Assembly: GCA_004284765.1 (NCBI GenBank)
Contig: NQJD01000010.1
Span: 30,001 to 62,000 of the forward strand
Reading direction: 5' to 3'
Origin: Candidatus Electronema aureum
GTDB lineage: Bacteria > Desulfobacterota > Desulfobulbia > Desulfobulbales > Desulfobulbaceae
Length of the DNA: 32,000 nt
In this document: positions 31,928 to 32,000 of the stretch, in pieces
How the letters are laid out: every line of letters begins with the position of its first letter
How positions within the stretch are numbered: the stretch's first letter is position 1
Translations under genes and position numbers: made by a program
The notes under the pieces: model-generated
Told to the model about the DNA's origin: nothing
Seen by the model: the letters and a program-made list of their open reading frames with translations, nothing else
Databases searched by the model: none

Positions 31928-32000
31928 TTATTTGGTCACGCCGATTTTGAACCCACGCACGATGGATCCGATGGTCTTTGATTGCCGTGCAGGGGCCGCC
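31928..32000 (-). pseudogene. Truncated IS200/IS605-like (REP-associated tyrosine transposase-like) gene fragment running off the window
   Basis: The minus frame reads ...AAPARQSKTIGSIVRGFKIGVTK*. The block (S/T)(I/L)G.I(V/I).(G/A)FK..VTK recalls a conserved mid-protein motif of this transposase family, which normally continues ~60 aa further. Here a TAA at 31928-31930 directly abuts the palindromic element. Confidence 0.35.

Overview
Densely coding chromosomal window with about 30 supportable genes on both strands. Housekeeping and biosynthesis genes are present: folK, cobT-cobS, mobB, Fe-alcohol dehydrogenase, prmC, dCMP deaminase, ppsR, creA, long-form leuA and trpA. They are interleaved with a large signalling complement. 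This comprises two ~1150-1300 aa PAS-rich hybrid histidine kinases, a stand-alone Hpt and four receiver proteins. The receivers are two REC-DUF4388/PATAN paralogs (one fused to a Roadblock/LC7-like domain), a zinc-ribbon-REC-PAS protein ending in a His-less DHp domain, and a REC-PAS-PAS-GGDEF cyclase. A bacteriohemerythrin and a CoA-disulfide-reductase/rhodanese fusion are also present. Gene content would suit an anaerobic Desulfobacterota-like organism, but taxonomy cannot be established from the window. I found no rRNA, tRNA, CRISPR array, prophage or intact mobile element, and no recognisable named defence system. The best candidate for an undescribed system is the five-gene branched phosphorelay at 15206-22635, including its pseudo-DHp member. 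The most accessory-looking DNA is 677-3222. It holds a TPR gene wedged between folK and the reductase, a duplicated translation-initiation module, a 23-bp phased palindrome array, a duplicated rhodanese 3' fragment and a decayed vapBC-like module. At the right edge (31817-32000) a 111-bp palindromic element abuts a truncated IS200/RAYT-like transposase fragment. All functional calls rest on motif recognition by eye and should be confirmed with HMM or BLAST searches.
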